Source of the DNA: an uncultured Trueperaceae bacterium
Lineage (GTDB): Bacteria > Deinococcota > Deinococci > Deinococcales > Trueperaceae
Direction of reading: 5' to 3'
Length of the DNA stretch: 64,000 bases
Assembly: GCA_963727505.1 (NCBI GenBank)
Contig: CAVSGP010000009.1
Coordinates: forward strand, 512,001-576,000
A model generated the notes under the pieces. It was given only the letters and a program-made list of their open reading frames with translations, did no database searches and was not told where the DNA came from. Below, one piece after another: positions 9,874 to 18,819 of the stretch (the first letter of the stretch is position 1; every line of letters starts with the position of its first letter). A program made the translations under genes and the position numbers.

Positions 9874-11426
9874 CCCACCGAGCCTCGCTTGGTCCCGGCC
9901 GCGCCGGCTTTGTCTCCGCCCTTCTGGCGCGCCTTGGCGGCCTCCTTCTCCAGCTCTGCCTCGCGCTGCGGGTTGTCGTCGGGCAGACCCTGGTTGATGG
10001 CGCCGAGCGCCGCACCGATGCGCTTGAGCACCCGTCGCTTGCCCAGGATGGTGACGAGGTCGGTCACGCCGGGAGCGTGGGTGGTACCGGTGAGGGCCGC
10101 TCGCAGCGGCTGCAGCACCTTGCCCATGCCGACGCTCTGGTCCTGGACGTAGTCGTGTAGCAGGTCGTCGACGCCGTCGTAATCGAAGAACTCCAGGATG
10201 GAGAACTCGCGCTCCAGGTCCTCCAGGTACTTCTGGCCAGCGGCCAGTTGCTTGCGCGCCGAGGCGTCGTAGCGGACGTCCTCGGCGAAGAAGTAGCCGG
10301 CGGCATCGGCCACGTCGACCAGGGTCTCGGCGCGGGGACGCAGCACGTCGACGACGTCGAGCAGGTAGTCGTGGTCGTCCCAGCGGTAGCCCCGTTCCTC
10401 GAGGAGCGGTGCCACACGCCCGGCAACGTCCTCCAGGGAGAGTTGATCGCGCAGGTACTTGGCGTTGAAGTAACGCAGCTTCTTGAGGTCGAACACCGGC
10501 CCGCCCAGCGATACGCGCCCGATGTCGAACGACTCGATCATCTCGTCGAGGGTGAAGAACTCGCGCCCGTCGGGCATGCTCCAGCCCATGGTGGCAAGGA
10601 AGTTGAGCAGCGCTTCCGGCAGGATGCCCTGCTGCCGGTACGACGCCACCGAGGTGTCGAGCTTGCGCTTGCTGACCTTGCTCTTGTCCGGGTTGCGCAG
10701 CAGTGGCATGTGCACGAACTGGGGCAGCTCCCATCCGAAGGCCCTGTAGAGCAGCACGTGGATCGGCGTGCTGGTGACCCACTCCTCTGCGCGGATGACG
10801 TGGGTGACACCCATCAGGTGGTCGTCGACGACGTTGGCGAGGTGATAGGTTGGATAGCCGTCGCTCTTGAGCAGCACGGGATCGCGGATCTCCTCGTTGT
10901 GGATGCTCACGTCGCCCCGCAACTCGTCGCGGAAGGTGGTGGAGCCCTCGTCAGGGGTCGCCAGCCGCACAACATGAGGTTCGCCGGCTTGCGCCCGCTT
11001 GTCCTGCTCGGCCCGGCCCACGGCGCGCCCTCGCCCGTCGTAGCCGAGCGGTCTGCCGAGGCGCTTCTGGTCGGTGCGCATGGCGTCGAGTTCCTCGGAC
11101 GTCTCGAAGGCGCGGTAGGCCTTGCCGTCCGCGAGGAGTCGATCGACGTGCTCCCGATAGAGCTCGGTGCGTTCGCTCTGACGGTAGGGTCCGAGCTCGC
11201 CTCCGACGTCGGGTCCTTCGTCCGGAAGGACCTTCAGCCACTCGAACATCTCCAGGATGCGCTTCTCGGCGCCCGCGTCGTAACGCTGGCGGTCGGTGTC
11301 CTCCAGCCGGAAGATGAAACGCCCTCCGCGGCTCTTCGCGAAGGCGTAGTTGAACAGGCCGACGTACGCCGTCCCGACGTGCGGGTCGCCGGTGGGGGAG
11401 GGTGCAATCCGCGTTGCGACTGTCAT
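9870..11426 (-). CDS. gltX: glutamate--tRNA ligase
   Basis: RIAPSPTGDPHVG, PYRQSER, YHLANVVDD, KVSKR; RBS GGAGG. Confidence 0.97.
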   Translation of the reverse strand: MTVATRIAPSPTGDPHVGTAYVGLFNYAFAKSRGGRFIFRLEDTDRQRYDAGAEKRILEMFEWLKVLPDEGPDVGGELGPYRQSERTELYREHVDRLLADGKAYRAFETSEELDAMRTDQKRLGRPLGYDGRGRAVGRAEQDKRAQAGEPHVVRLATPDEGSTTFRDELRGDVSIHNEEIRDPVLLKSDGYPTYHLANVVDDHLMGVTHVIRAEEWVTSTPIHVLLYRAFGWELPQFVHMPLLRNPDKSKVSKRKLDTSVASYRQQGILPEALLNFLATMGWSMPDGREFFTLDEMIESFDIGRVSLGGPVFDLKKLRYFNAKYLRDQLSLEDVAGRVAPLLEERGYRWDDHDYLLDVVDVLRPRAETLVDVADAAGYFFAEDVRYDASARKQLAAGQKYLEDLEREFSILEFFDYDGVDDLLHDYVQDQSVGMGKVLQPLRAALTGTTHAPGVTDLVTILGKRRVLKRIGAALGAINQGLPDDNPQREAELEKEAAKARQKGGDKAGAAGTKRGSVG

Positions 11427-11552
11427 GGAGGCGCCTCCTCTTGGGAGCATTGTAGCTCAGGGCCGTGGGCACCGATGTCGGTGCGTGCCGCGTCCCCGGC
11501 GGGGTTCGGGGTATCGGGCGAGCGCGTGCAGCACACGCGCCGCGAAGCGGAC

Positions 11553-12353
11553 TCAGTGCAGCGCGACGGTGATCAGGGTGATGGCGGCCACGGCCCAGAG
11601 GTAGGGCGCGAACATCCGGAAGCGGCCGCGCCGCAGCACTGCGAACAGCACCATAAGCGCCAGATAGCCGGTGACGAAGGAGGTGACGAACATGGCGAGG
11701 ACGGGTCCCCAACCGATGTGGGCCGCCTGGATGTCCTTGACGCCGAGCACGGTCACGCCTACCGAGACCACCAGATACATCAGGAACGAAAGGCGGGGCG
11801 CCAGCTCGGCATCGGTACCGCGTCCGAGGAAAGTGGCGATGGTGATGCCGGAGCGCGAGATCCCGGGGATCACCGCCAGTCCCTGGGCGATCCCGCCGAT
11901 GAAGGCGTCCAGGAAGGTCACGTCCTTCACCTCGTGTTTGGCCCCGCTCCGGGGGGCGAACCACAGGATGAAGCCGGTGACGATGAGCGCCAGCGCTACC
12001 GGGAGCGGCGCGTTGAGGCTGTCGAAGACGCCCTTGAGCCCGATGCCGATGATGGCGGTGGGAACGGAGCCGACGAGCACCAGCAGCGCCAAGCGCCAGC
12101 CGCTGCGCTGCCTCGCCTCGGCCGAGCCCAGGCCCATGACGAAGCCTCCCACGGCCGTGGCGACGTCGCGCCGCAGGTAGATCAGGACGGCCAGCAGCGT
12201 CCCCGTGTTGGTGGCGATGTCGACCCACAGCTTGAGGCCCGAGCCCCAACCCAGGAAGTAGTTGGTCAGCACGAGGTGACCGGAGCTGGAGACGGGCAGG
12301 AACTCGGTCAGACCCTGGACGATCCCCAGGACCGTTGCGTGGAACAGGCTCAT
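11553..12353 (-). CDS. uppP: undecaprenyl-diphosphate phosphatase (BacA)
   Basis: GIVQGLTEFLPVSSSGHL, PGISRSG. Confidence 0.95.
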   Translation of the reverse strand: MSLFHATVLGIVQGLTEFLPVSSSGHLVLTNYFLGWGSGLKLWVDIATNTGTLLAVLIYLRRDVATAVGGFVMGLGSAEARQRSGWRLALLVLVGSVPTAIIGIGLKGVFDSLNAPLPVALALIVTGFILWFAPRSGAKHEVKDVTFLDAFIGGIAQGLAVIPGISRSGITIATFLGRGTDAELAPRLSFLMYLVVSVGVTVLGVKDIQAAHIGWGPVLAMFVTSFVTGYLALMVLFAVLRRGRFRMFAPYLWAVAAITLITVALH

Positions 12354-12423
12354 GGCGGGCGGGTCCTCCTGGCGTAGGGCCGCCGGCGGGAAGTGCCGGG
12401 CGGGAGAGGGGCTCAGGCGCCCC

Positions 12424-12469
12424 AACAAACAAGGGGCGGAGCGTCACCCGTCGGGGAACGCTCCGCCTC
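12424..12469 (-). terminator. intrinsic terminator after rpsI
   Basis: minus strand GAGGCGGAGCG...CGCTCCGCCCC stem followed by TTGTTTGTT. Confidence 0.65.
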
Positions 12470-12516
12470 AGCCGTTCATGCGAACCGTGCAGCCTCCAGG
12501 CCGCACGGACCGACGC

Positions 12517-12903
12517 TCAGCGCTTGCTGAACTGCGGAGCCTTGCGCGCCTTCTTCAGGCCGTACTTCTTCCGCTCCACGATGCGCTGATCGCGCGAAAG
12601 GTGGCCACCCTGCTTGAGGGTGGTGCGGAAGTTCGGGTCGACATGCAGGAGCGCGCGCGCCACGCCCAGTTTGATGGCGTCCGCCTGGCCGCTCGGGCCG
12701 CCGCCAGCCACGGTGATGACCGCGTCGTAGCGACCGGCCGTGTTGGTGGCCTTGAGGGGTTCCAGCGCCTGCACGCCCACGAGGATGCCGCGGAAATAGT
12801 CCTGGAAGTCGCGCCCGTTCACTGTGATGCGGCCGTTGCCCGACCGCAGGAACACGCGCGCGACCGCCGACTTGCGTCGTCCGGTTCCGTAGTATTGATC
12901 CAT
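12517..12903 (-). CDS. rpsI: 30S ribosomal protein S9
   Basis: [11 protein letters not shown] ... [20 protein letters not shown]. Confidence 0.98.
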   Translation of the reverse strand: MDQYYGTGRRKSAVARVFLRSGNGRITVNGRDFQDYFRGILVGVQALEPLKATNTAGRYDAVITVAGGGPSGQADAIKLGVARALLHVDPNFRTTLKQGGHLSRDQRIVERKKYGLKKARKAPQFSKR

Positions 12904-13328
12904 CAGGCGACCTCCAACTCCTTCGGCTGCTGCGCCTGATGCGGGTGCGCGTCGCCGGCATACACCTTCAGGCGGCGGATCAACCTGCGGCCCTGGCGCG
13001 TCTTGGGGAGCATGCCCCACACCGCGTGGCGGAGGACCCGATCGGGGTGCCGATCGAGCATCACGCGGGCCGTGGTGCTCTTGAGCCCACCCTGGTACCC
13101 GCTGTACCGGGTGTAGACCTTCTGATCGAGCTTGCGACCGGTGAACACCACCTTCTCGGCGTTGATGACGATGACGTAGTCACCGCCCGCCAGGTGGGGC
13201 GTGTAGTCGGGCTTGTGCTTACCGCGGAGCACCGTGGCGATCCGGGTCGCGAGGCGGCCGACCGTCTGTCCTGCCGCGTCGATGACGACCCAGTCGTTGT
13301 GGGTCTCTTTGGGGAACATCGTCTTCAC
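12903..13328 (-). CDS. rplM: 50S ribosomal protein L13
   Basis: [36 protein letters not shown] start at 13328. Confidence 0.97.
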   Translation of the reverse strand: MKTMFPKETHNDWVVIDAAGQTVGRLATRIATVLRGKHKPDYTPHLAGGDYVIVINAEKVVFTGRKLDQKVYTRYSGYQGGLKSTTARVMLDRHPDRVLRHAVWGMLPKTRQGRRLIRRLKVYAGDAHPHQAQQPKELEVA

Positions 13329-13394
13329 ACTCGTCACGTCCTTCGGAGGCTTGCCGGGTTTGATCGGGGCCGACAATGCGCGAAGCCAAACGCG

Positions 13395-13424
13395 AGCTTA
13401 GCACGCTGAGGTCGCGCCCGGCAA
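13395..13424 (-). promoter_or_regulatory. sigma-A promoter of rplM-rpsI (TTGCCG-18-TAAGCT, extended TGn)
   Basis: motif match upstream of rplM. Confidence 0.55.
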
Positions 13425-13520
13425 GCGCCCTTCGGCGCCGCTCCGTCGCAGCGCTGCACGGGCGGGCGGGGTTCGACCGGGAGGCGACGGTAGCGTCCGG
13501 CCTTGACAGCCACCACCTCA

Positions 13521-13713
13521 GCGTACGACCCTGCGTCGATTCAGGGACGAGAGCGATTCCGTCGTCCCCGGATCTGACACCCCAGGGATCTTCGGTCGAC
13601 GAGGGGTCGCGCGCAGGAGCAAGACGTAATGGTCTGCTACGCCGCCCACAACGCCCACAACAAGGTGTCGAGAGTTCCGCGGGCCGTTGGGCGCGACCCG
13701 GTCCGAGTCCGAG
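13521..13713 (+). ncRNA. candidate structured RNA or leader, family unknown
   Basis: several complementary segments and a potential pseudoknot downstream of TTGACA at 13503; see findings. Confidence 0.4.
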
Positions 13714-13847
13714 CGGGCGCGGGCGCCGGCGCAACGCGCATCCCCAGGACCCGGCGTTGCAGACCCCGCACCGGCGACCCCGCACTGGCGCGCGCGCATC
13801 CGCCGCCACCCCAGCCTGAAGGCCCCTACCTGAACAGGAGAGCGCCC

Positions 13848-14024
13848 ATGTTCCACCACGCCACCTTCGTGACCACCAGCCAGCACCATCGCGACCGCCT
13901 GGTCGAACGCGCCGCCGCGTTGACAGGCGAGCGACCCCGCGCCGCGTGCCGTCCGTGGCGGTCGCGCGCCGCGCGCGCGGCGCGCGACCTGGCTTTCGCG
14001 GCGACCGGCTGGCGCCGCTCCTGA
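13848..14024 (+). CDS. small Arg-rich hypothetical protein (58 aa)
   Basis: AGGAG RBS at 13836-13840, ATG 13848; an in-frame upstream ATG at 13629 also has an RBS. Confidence 0.5.
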   Translation: MFHHATFVTTSQHHRDRLVERAAALTGERPRAACRPWRSRAARAARDLAFAATGWRRS

Positions 14025-14048
14025 AGCGTTGTCGACGCATCGTAGGAC

Positions 14049-14510
14049 TCAGCTCCAGCCCGACCGGTAGGGCTCCATCTCCGGCAGGTTCGACACCAGT
14101 TCGAGGACGTTTCCGTCGGGGTCGCGGAGGAAGGCCAGGCGAACGTTGCCTGCGGCGTCCCTGGGGGCCACGCTGAAGGGCACGCCCGCGGCGGCCAGTG
14201 ATGCGGCGACGCCGTCGACGTCGTCGGTGTGGAAGGCGAGATGTTGGAACCCGAGGGCTGGGGCGCCCTCCCGAGCCGTGGCGGGAGCCGGCGCGGGGGG
14301 CGTCCGGTGCGCGAAGAGCTCGATGAGCGCGCCACCCTTACGCAGGTAGACCAGCTTGAAGGTGCCGTCGTCCAGGAGCAATTGGCCGAGCACCTCGCAT
14401 CCCAGCAACCCCGCATAGAAGTCCAGTGCGCGGTCCATGTCCGCCACCGTGAGGGCCACGTGATCGAGGCTGTCCACGACCGCTGCCCGAACGCTTGGAG
14501 CGCCGCTCAC
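14049..14510 (-). CDS. VOC (glyoxalase) family protein
   Basis: LDHVALTVADMDRALDFY, IELF, FQHLAF, FLRDPDGNVLEL; metal ligands H/E/H/E present. Confidence 0.9.
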   Translation of the reverse strand: MSGAPSVRAAVVDSLDHVALTVADMDRALDFYAGLLGCEVLGQLLLDDGTFKLVYLRKGGALIELFAHRTPPAPAPATAREGAPALGFQHLAFHTDDVDGVAASLAAAGVPFSVAPRDAAGNVRLAFLRDPDGNVLELVSNLPEMEPYRSGWS

Positions 14511-16816
14511 GCGTCGACCTCGTGCGGGCGCGGCCCGGGACTCGACGCCCGGGTGCGGGCCAGCAGGGCGTCCACCTGCTCCGTCGCGCTCACGCCGACC
14601 TCCTCCTCGTGCATCGCGAGCACGTTGAGAAGTGGCATGTCCAGCAAGAACCCCATGAGGTCCATGCCGATGACGTGCTCGCCGTCGCTCCCCATGAGGG
14701 CGGCTACGCGCTGGCGGACGTCATCGACCATGGGCGCCAGGACCGGTCCGCCACGGGGATCGTCGAGCCATTCCCGCAGCGTCGAGTCACGGTCGAGGAT
14801 GCAGGGCAGGGCCGTGCCGCGTCGCAGCGTCAGCGATCCACGCAGCCGGATATCCGTCGAAGAGGCGCCGACCAGCACGTCGAAGTCGCCGGCCTCGGTG
14901 ACCCAGCGACCGTAGGCCGGGTCGAAGTAGGCGAACGCCCGGCGATCGAGCGCGAGGGTCACCGTGCGGGTCTCGCCCGGATCGAGCCGGACCTTCCCGA
15001 ACCCCTTGAGCTCCTTGACGGGGCGGCGGAGCCGGGACGCGTGGTCGTGCACGTAGAGCTGCGCTACCTCGCTGCCCGCCCGCGCGCCGGTGTTGCGGAC
15101 GTCGAAGCTCACCTCGACCGTCTCCTCCTCGTCGAACTCCGACGGGGTGACCCGGAGCCGGTCGTAGGCGAAGGTGGTGTAGCTGAGGCCGTGACCGAAC
15201 GGGAAGCGCACTGGCATCCGCCGGACGTCGTAGTAGCGGTAGCCTACGAACAGTCCCTCGCCGTAGACGACGCGCCCGTTGTCGCCCGGGTAGTTCAGGA
15301 ACGCGGGCGTGTCCTCCAGCTTCATGGGGAAGGTCTCCGCCAGCCTGCCGCCGGGGTCGATGGTGCCCAGCAACACGTCGGCAACGGCCGACCCACCCGC
15401 CTGACCCATGGTCCAGGCCTGGACGACGGCGTCGACCTCGTCGAACCAGGGCGTCACGTCGACGGCGCCGCCGTTGTTCAGCACCACCACGGTCGGCCGG
15501 CCCGTCGCGGCGACGGCGTGGATCAGCGCCACTTGCGTCCGGGGAAGCCCGAGCTCGCTACGGTCGTAACCCTCGGACTCCAGCGCTCCTGGAAGCGCCG
15601 TGAAGACCACCGCCACCTCGGCGGCGCTGGCGACGGCGGCCGCCTCGGCGAGCAGTTCGGGGTGGTCCTCGAGGTCGTCACTCCAGCCGTCGGCGTAGCT
15701 GAGCTCGCCGGTGGCCGCAGCGCTGAGCGCGTCCCAGGGGGTGTCGATCCTCGTGGGTCGTACCTGGGCGCTTCCGCCGCCCTGAAGATGCGGCGCGCGC
15801 GCAGAGCGCCCGATCACCGCGACGCGCTTCCCGGCGGCGAGCGGCAGGACGCCGCGGTTGGCCAGCAGCACCGTTCCCTCGGCGGCCGCACGCCGGGCGA
15901 GGGCGTGGTGAGCGTCCTCGTCGAAGGTCCGGCCCCGCGGGGTGGCCGCTGCGCGGTCCGCGAGTCGGAGGATGCGTGATGCCGCGTCGTCGAGCGTCGA
16001 AGCCGCCAGGCGGCCCTCCTGTACGGCCTCGACGATCGCTCGGACGTGGCTCGCCTTGGGCCCGGGCATCTCGAGGTGGAGGCCGGCTTGCAGCGCGGCC
16101 ACCGGGTCGCGCACGGCACCCCAATCGGAAACGACGACGCCCTCGAAACCCCACTCTTCGACCAGCACCCCGCCGAGCAGCCGGGGATGCTGCGAGCACA
16201 ACGTACCGTTGACCCGGTTGTAGGCGGCCATGACGGTCCACGGATGCGCGCGTGTGACCGCGGCTTCGAACGCGGCGAGGTAGATCTCACGCATCGTGCG
16301 TTCGTCCACCTCCACGTCGATGGCGTTGCGCTGGTACTCCTGGTTGTTCAGGGCGAAGTGCTTGAGCGAGGCGCCGACGCCGCGGCTCTGCAGGCCTTCG
16401 ATCCAGGCAACCGCCATCGCACCGGCCAGGAAGGGATCCTCGGAGAAGTACTCGAAGTTGCGGCCGCACAGCGGCGTGCGCTTCACGTTCACGCCGGGCC
16501 CGAGGAGCACGTGCGCGCCGAGGGCGGCGGCCTCCTCGCCGAGCGCCTCACCGACGGCGTGCAGCAGGTCGACGTCCCAGCTCGACGCCAGCGACACCGC
16601 CGTAGGGAAGCAGGTCGCCGGCACGCTCTCCTGGCCGGCGGTGGTGGGATCGGCGACCAGTCGGACGCCGTGCGGTCCGTCCGTGACCCGGACCGCCTCC
16701 AGTCCGAGTCGGGGCAGGGCCGTGGTGCTCCAGGCGGTGGCGCCGACGCACAGCGCGGCCTTCTCCTCGAGGCTGAGGTGGTTCAGGAGGCGGGTCGAGT
16801 CGTTCACATTGGACAT
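14507..16816 (-). CDS. GH3 beta-glucosidase with C-terminal Fn3-like domain
   Basis: DGPHGVR, GRNFEYFSEDP, KHFALN, VSDWG nucleophile, ESEGYDR, FPFGHGLSYT. Confidence 0.93.
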   Translation of the reverse strand: MSNVNDSTRLLNHLSLEEKAALCVGATAWSTTALPRLGLEAVRVTDGPHGVRLVADPTTAGQESVPATCFPTAVSLASSWDVDLLHAVGEALGEEAAALGAHVLLGPGVNVKRTPLCGRNFEYFSEDPFLAGAMAVAWIEGLQSRGVGASLKHFALNNQEYQRNAIDVEVDERTMREIYLAAFEAAVTRAHPWTVMAAYNRVNGTLCSQHPRLLGGVLVEEWGFEGVVVSDWGAVRDPVAALQAGLHLEMPGPKASHVRAIVEAVQEGRLAASTLDDAASRILRLADRAAATPRGRTFDEDAHHALARRAAAEGTVLLANRGVLPLAAGKRVAVIGRSARAPHLQGGGSAQVRPTRIDTPWDALSAAATGELSYADGWSDDLEDHPELLAEAAAVASAAEVAVVFTALPGALESEGYDRSELGLPRTQVALIHAVAATGRPTVVVLNNGGAVDVTPWFDEVDAVVQAWTMGQAGGSAVADVLLGTIDPGGRLAETFPMKLEDTPAFLNYPGDNGRVVYGEGLFVGYRYYDVRRMPVRFPFGHGLSYTTFAYDRLRVTPSEFDEEETVEVSFDVRNTGARAGSEVAQLYVHDHASRLRRPVKELKGFGKVRLDPGETRTVTLALDRRAFAYFDPAYGRWVTEAGDFDVLVGASSTDIRLRGSLTLRRGTALPCILDRDSTLREWLDDPRGGPVLAPMVDDVRQRVAALMGSDGEHVIGMDLMGFLLDMPLLNVLAMHEEEVGVSATEQVDALLARTRASSPGPRPHEVDA

Positions 16817-16857
16817 CCCTTCATGGACCGAGGGGCGGCCCCAACCGTCCCTGGGAG

Positions 16858-17628
16858 TCACAGCAGCGCGCGCAGATGGTCGGCGCTTCGTCGGGCCGTC
16901 CGGATCGGGTCGGAGGGCTCGTCGTGTTCGACGACGTACCACACGGCCCCCGCCTGGCGGCACGCCGGGAGCAGCGCCTGCCAGTTGATCACGCCGTCCC
17001 CGACGTCGGCCCAACCACCTTCACCCCCACGCCTTTCGATCGGAGCGAGGTCCTTGACATGGACGCGCGGGCAGCGGCCGGTGTAGCTGGCGAGGAACTC
17101 GGCCGGGTCGACGCCTGCGCGCTGGATCCAACCCAGGTCGGGCTCGAGGCCGAGGTCCTCGGGATCGGCTGCGTCGAGCAGCCACGCCAGCCCGGTACGG
17201 CCCTCGACGCGCTCTAGCTCGAAGTCGTGATTGTGGTAGAGCAGGCGCACGCCCTCGTCGCGGCAGCGCCGGCCCAGGTCGCCCAGGCGGCGGCCGAGCG
17301 CCTGCCAGCTCTCCGTCGTTCGGCCACGCAGGTCCGGTGGGAGCCACGGCACGACGACTACGTCGTTGCCCAGAGCGCGGTTGAAGCGACACACGCCCGC
17401 CGGATCCTCCTCCAAGGCATGGAGCGGCACGTGGCTCGAGCACACCGTCACGCCTGCCGCCGCCAGGGCCGCCGCGGCGGCATCGGCATCGAGCCCATGG
17501 CTGCCGACGGTCTCCACCGCGGCGTAACCGCTCTCCGCGGCCAGGCGCACCAGCGCTTCGAAGGGCAGCTCGAGGCGCCTGAGCGAGTAGAGCTGCAATG
17601 CGAGGGGCGGAGCGGACGGCGGTGTCAT
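16858..17628 (-). CDS. sugar phosphate isomerase/epimerase (xylose isomerase-like TIM barrel)
   Basis: LQLYSLR, YHNHDFE, HVKD, VVEHD. Confidence 0.9.
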   Translation of the reverse strand: MTPPSAPPLALQLYSLRRLELPFEALVRLAAESGYAAVETVGSHGLDADAAAAALAAAGVTVCSSHVPLHALEEDPAGVCRFNRALGNDVVVVPWLPPDLRGRTTESWQALGRRLGDLGRRCRDEGVRLLYHNHDFELERVEGRTGLAWLLDAADPEDLGLEPDLGWIQRAGVDPAEFLASYTGRCPRVHVKDLAPIERRGGEGGWADVGDGVINWQALLPACRQAGAVWYVVEHDEPSDPIRTARRSADHLRALL

Positions 17629-17661
17629 GGTGACCTTCTTCCGGCCGCGCGGGAGCGCGGT

Positions 17662-18819
17662 TCAGGCGTCGAGCGCGTCCTCTGGAAGACCCAGGGGGAG
17701 GGGAGCGGGCCGCTCGCAGCTGCTCTCGAGATCGATGCGTCGTCCCTGCTCGGCACTCTCCAACGTCGCCTGCATGGTGTCGAGCACGTGGTAGGCGAGC
17801 TCGGCACCGGCGCGGTGCGGGCGACCGGAACGAAACGCGTGCGCCAGGTCGGCTGCGCCGAGGCCGCGTGCGGTCCGGGCGAAGCCGTGCGAGAGCGGCA
17901 GCTCGGTGAACGCCTCGGCCCCGGCCCGCAACAGGCGGACGACGCCGCCGAAGAAGTTCGGGTCCGGCAGCGACAGGGTGCCCTCGGTGCCGTAGATCTC
18001 CAGGCGGGGCAACTCGGAGCCCCACACGTCGAAGCTCGCCACCAGGCTGGCGACCGGGCCCGCTGCGAACTCCAGCAGGGCCGCGACATGCGTAGGGGTG
18101 GTCACGGGGAAGGTCTCGCCGCGCCGCGGGCCGGTCAGGAAGGGCCGGACCCGGGAGCCGGTCGTGCCCGCTCCCGCGACCCTCGCGACCGGCCCGAGCA
18201 GCGCGACCAGCGCGGTCACGTAGTACACCCCGACGTCGAAGAGCGGCCCGGCTCCCGGCTGGTAGAAGAAGCCGGGATTCGGGTGCCAGTGCTCCATGCC
18301 GTGGCTCACGACGAAGGCGGTGGCGCCCAGAGGCCGCCCGATCCAGCCGTCGTCGATGAGCTTCCGTCCCGTCTGCAAGGCGGCACCGAGGAACGTGTCC
18401 GGGGCGCCGCCGAGACGGACGCCGCGTTCGCGAGCGACCGACAGCAGGTACGCGCCGTCGGCGCGGGTGGTCGCAAGGGGTTTCTCGCTGTACACCGCTT
18501 TGCCGGAGCGCAGGGCCGCCAGCGAGACCGCGGCGTGGGCGCTCGGCACGGTCAGGTTGACGACCAGGTCGACGGCTGGGTTCTCGACGAGCGCCTCAGG
18601 TTCGAGAACGCGCGGGACGTCGAACTCGGCCGCCCGGTTGCGGGCCAGGTCGGCGTCCAGATCCGCCACCGCCTCGACCTTCAGCAGCCGGAAGCGGCGG
18701 CACGCCTCGAGATACTGACTGCTGATGTTGCCACATCCCACGATGCCGACCCGGACCGGGGCGGCCGCGCCGACGGCGGCCGTATGGCGGGGGTCGGAGT
18801 CCCCCGCCCTCGAGCTCAT
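17662..18819 (-). CDS. Gfo/Idh/MocA family oxidoreductase
   Basis: GIVGCGNIS, YSEKPLA, GGAPDTFLG, GAGPLFDVGVYY. Confidence 0.92.
   Translation of the reverse strand: MSSRAGDSDPRHTAAVGAAAPVRVGIVGCGNISSQYLEACRRFRLLKVEAVADLDADLARNRAAEFDVPRVLEPEALVENPAVDLVVNLTVPSAHAAVSLAALRSGKAVYSEKPLATTRADGAYLLSVARERGVRLGGAPDTFLGAALQTGRKLIDDGWIGRPLGATAFVVSHGMEHWHPNPGFFYQPGAGPLFDVGVYYVTALVALLGPVARVAGAGTTGSRVRPFLTGPRRGETFPVTTPTHVAALLEFAAGPVASLVASFDVWGSELPRLEIYGTEGTLSLPDPNFFGGVVRLLRAGAEAFTELPLSHGFARTARGLGAADLAHAFRSGRPHRAGAELAYHVLDTMQATLESAEQGRRIDLESSCERPAPLPLGLPEDALDA

Noticed and set aside
8941..10782. Apparent 613-aa FtsY with a long N-terminal extension
   Set aside because: The extension is an alternate frame inside gltX; the real start MSWFDRL at 9873 overlaps the gltX stop.
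13468..13520. GGGGTTCGAC...CCACCA looks like a tRNA or tmRNA 3' end
   Set aside because: The T-arm does not pair, the spacing to CCA is wrong, and there is no acceptor stem or tag ORF.
13668..13712. GTTCCGC...GGTCCGAG resembles part of the ykkC (guanidine-I) riboswitch
   Set aside because: The CUAGGG 5' strand and the conserved 3' AAAAGCCCGGGAG element are absent; a cmscan would settle it.
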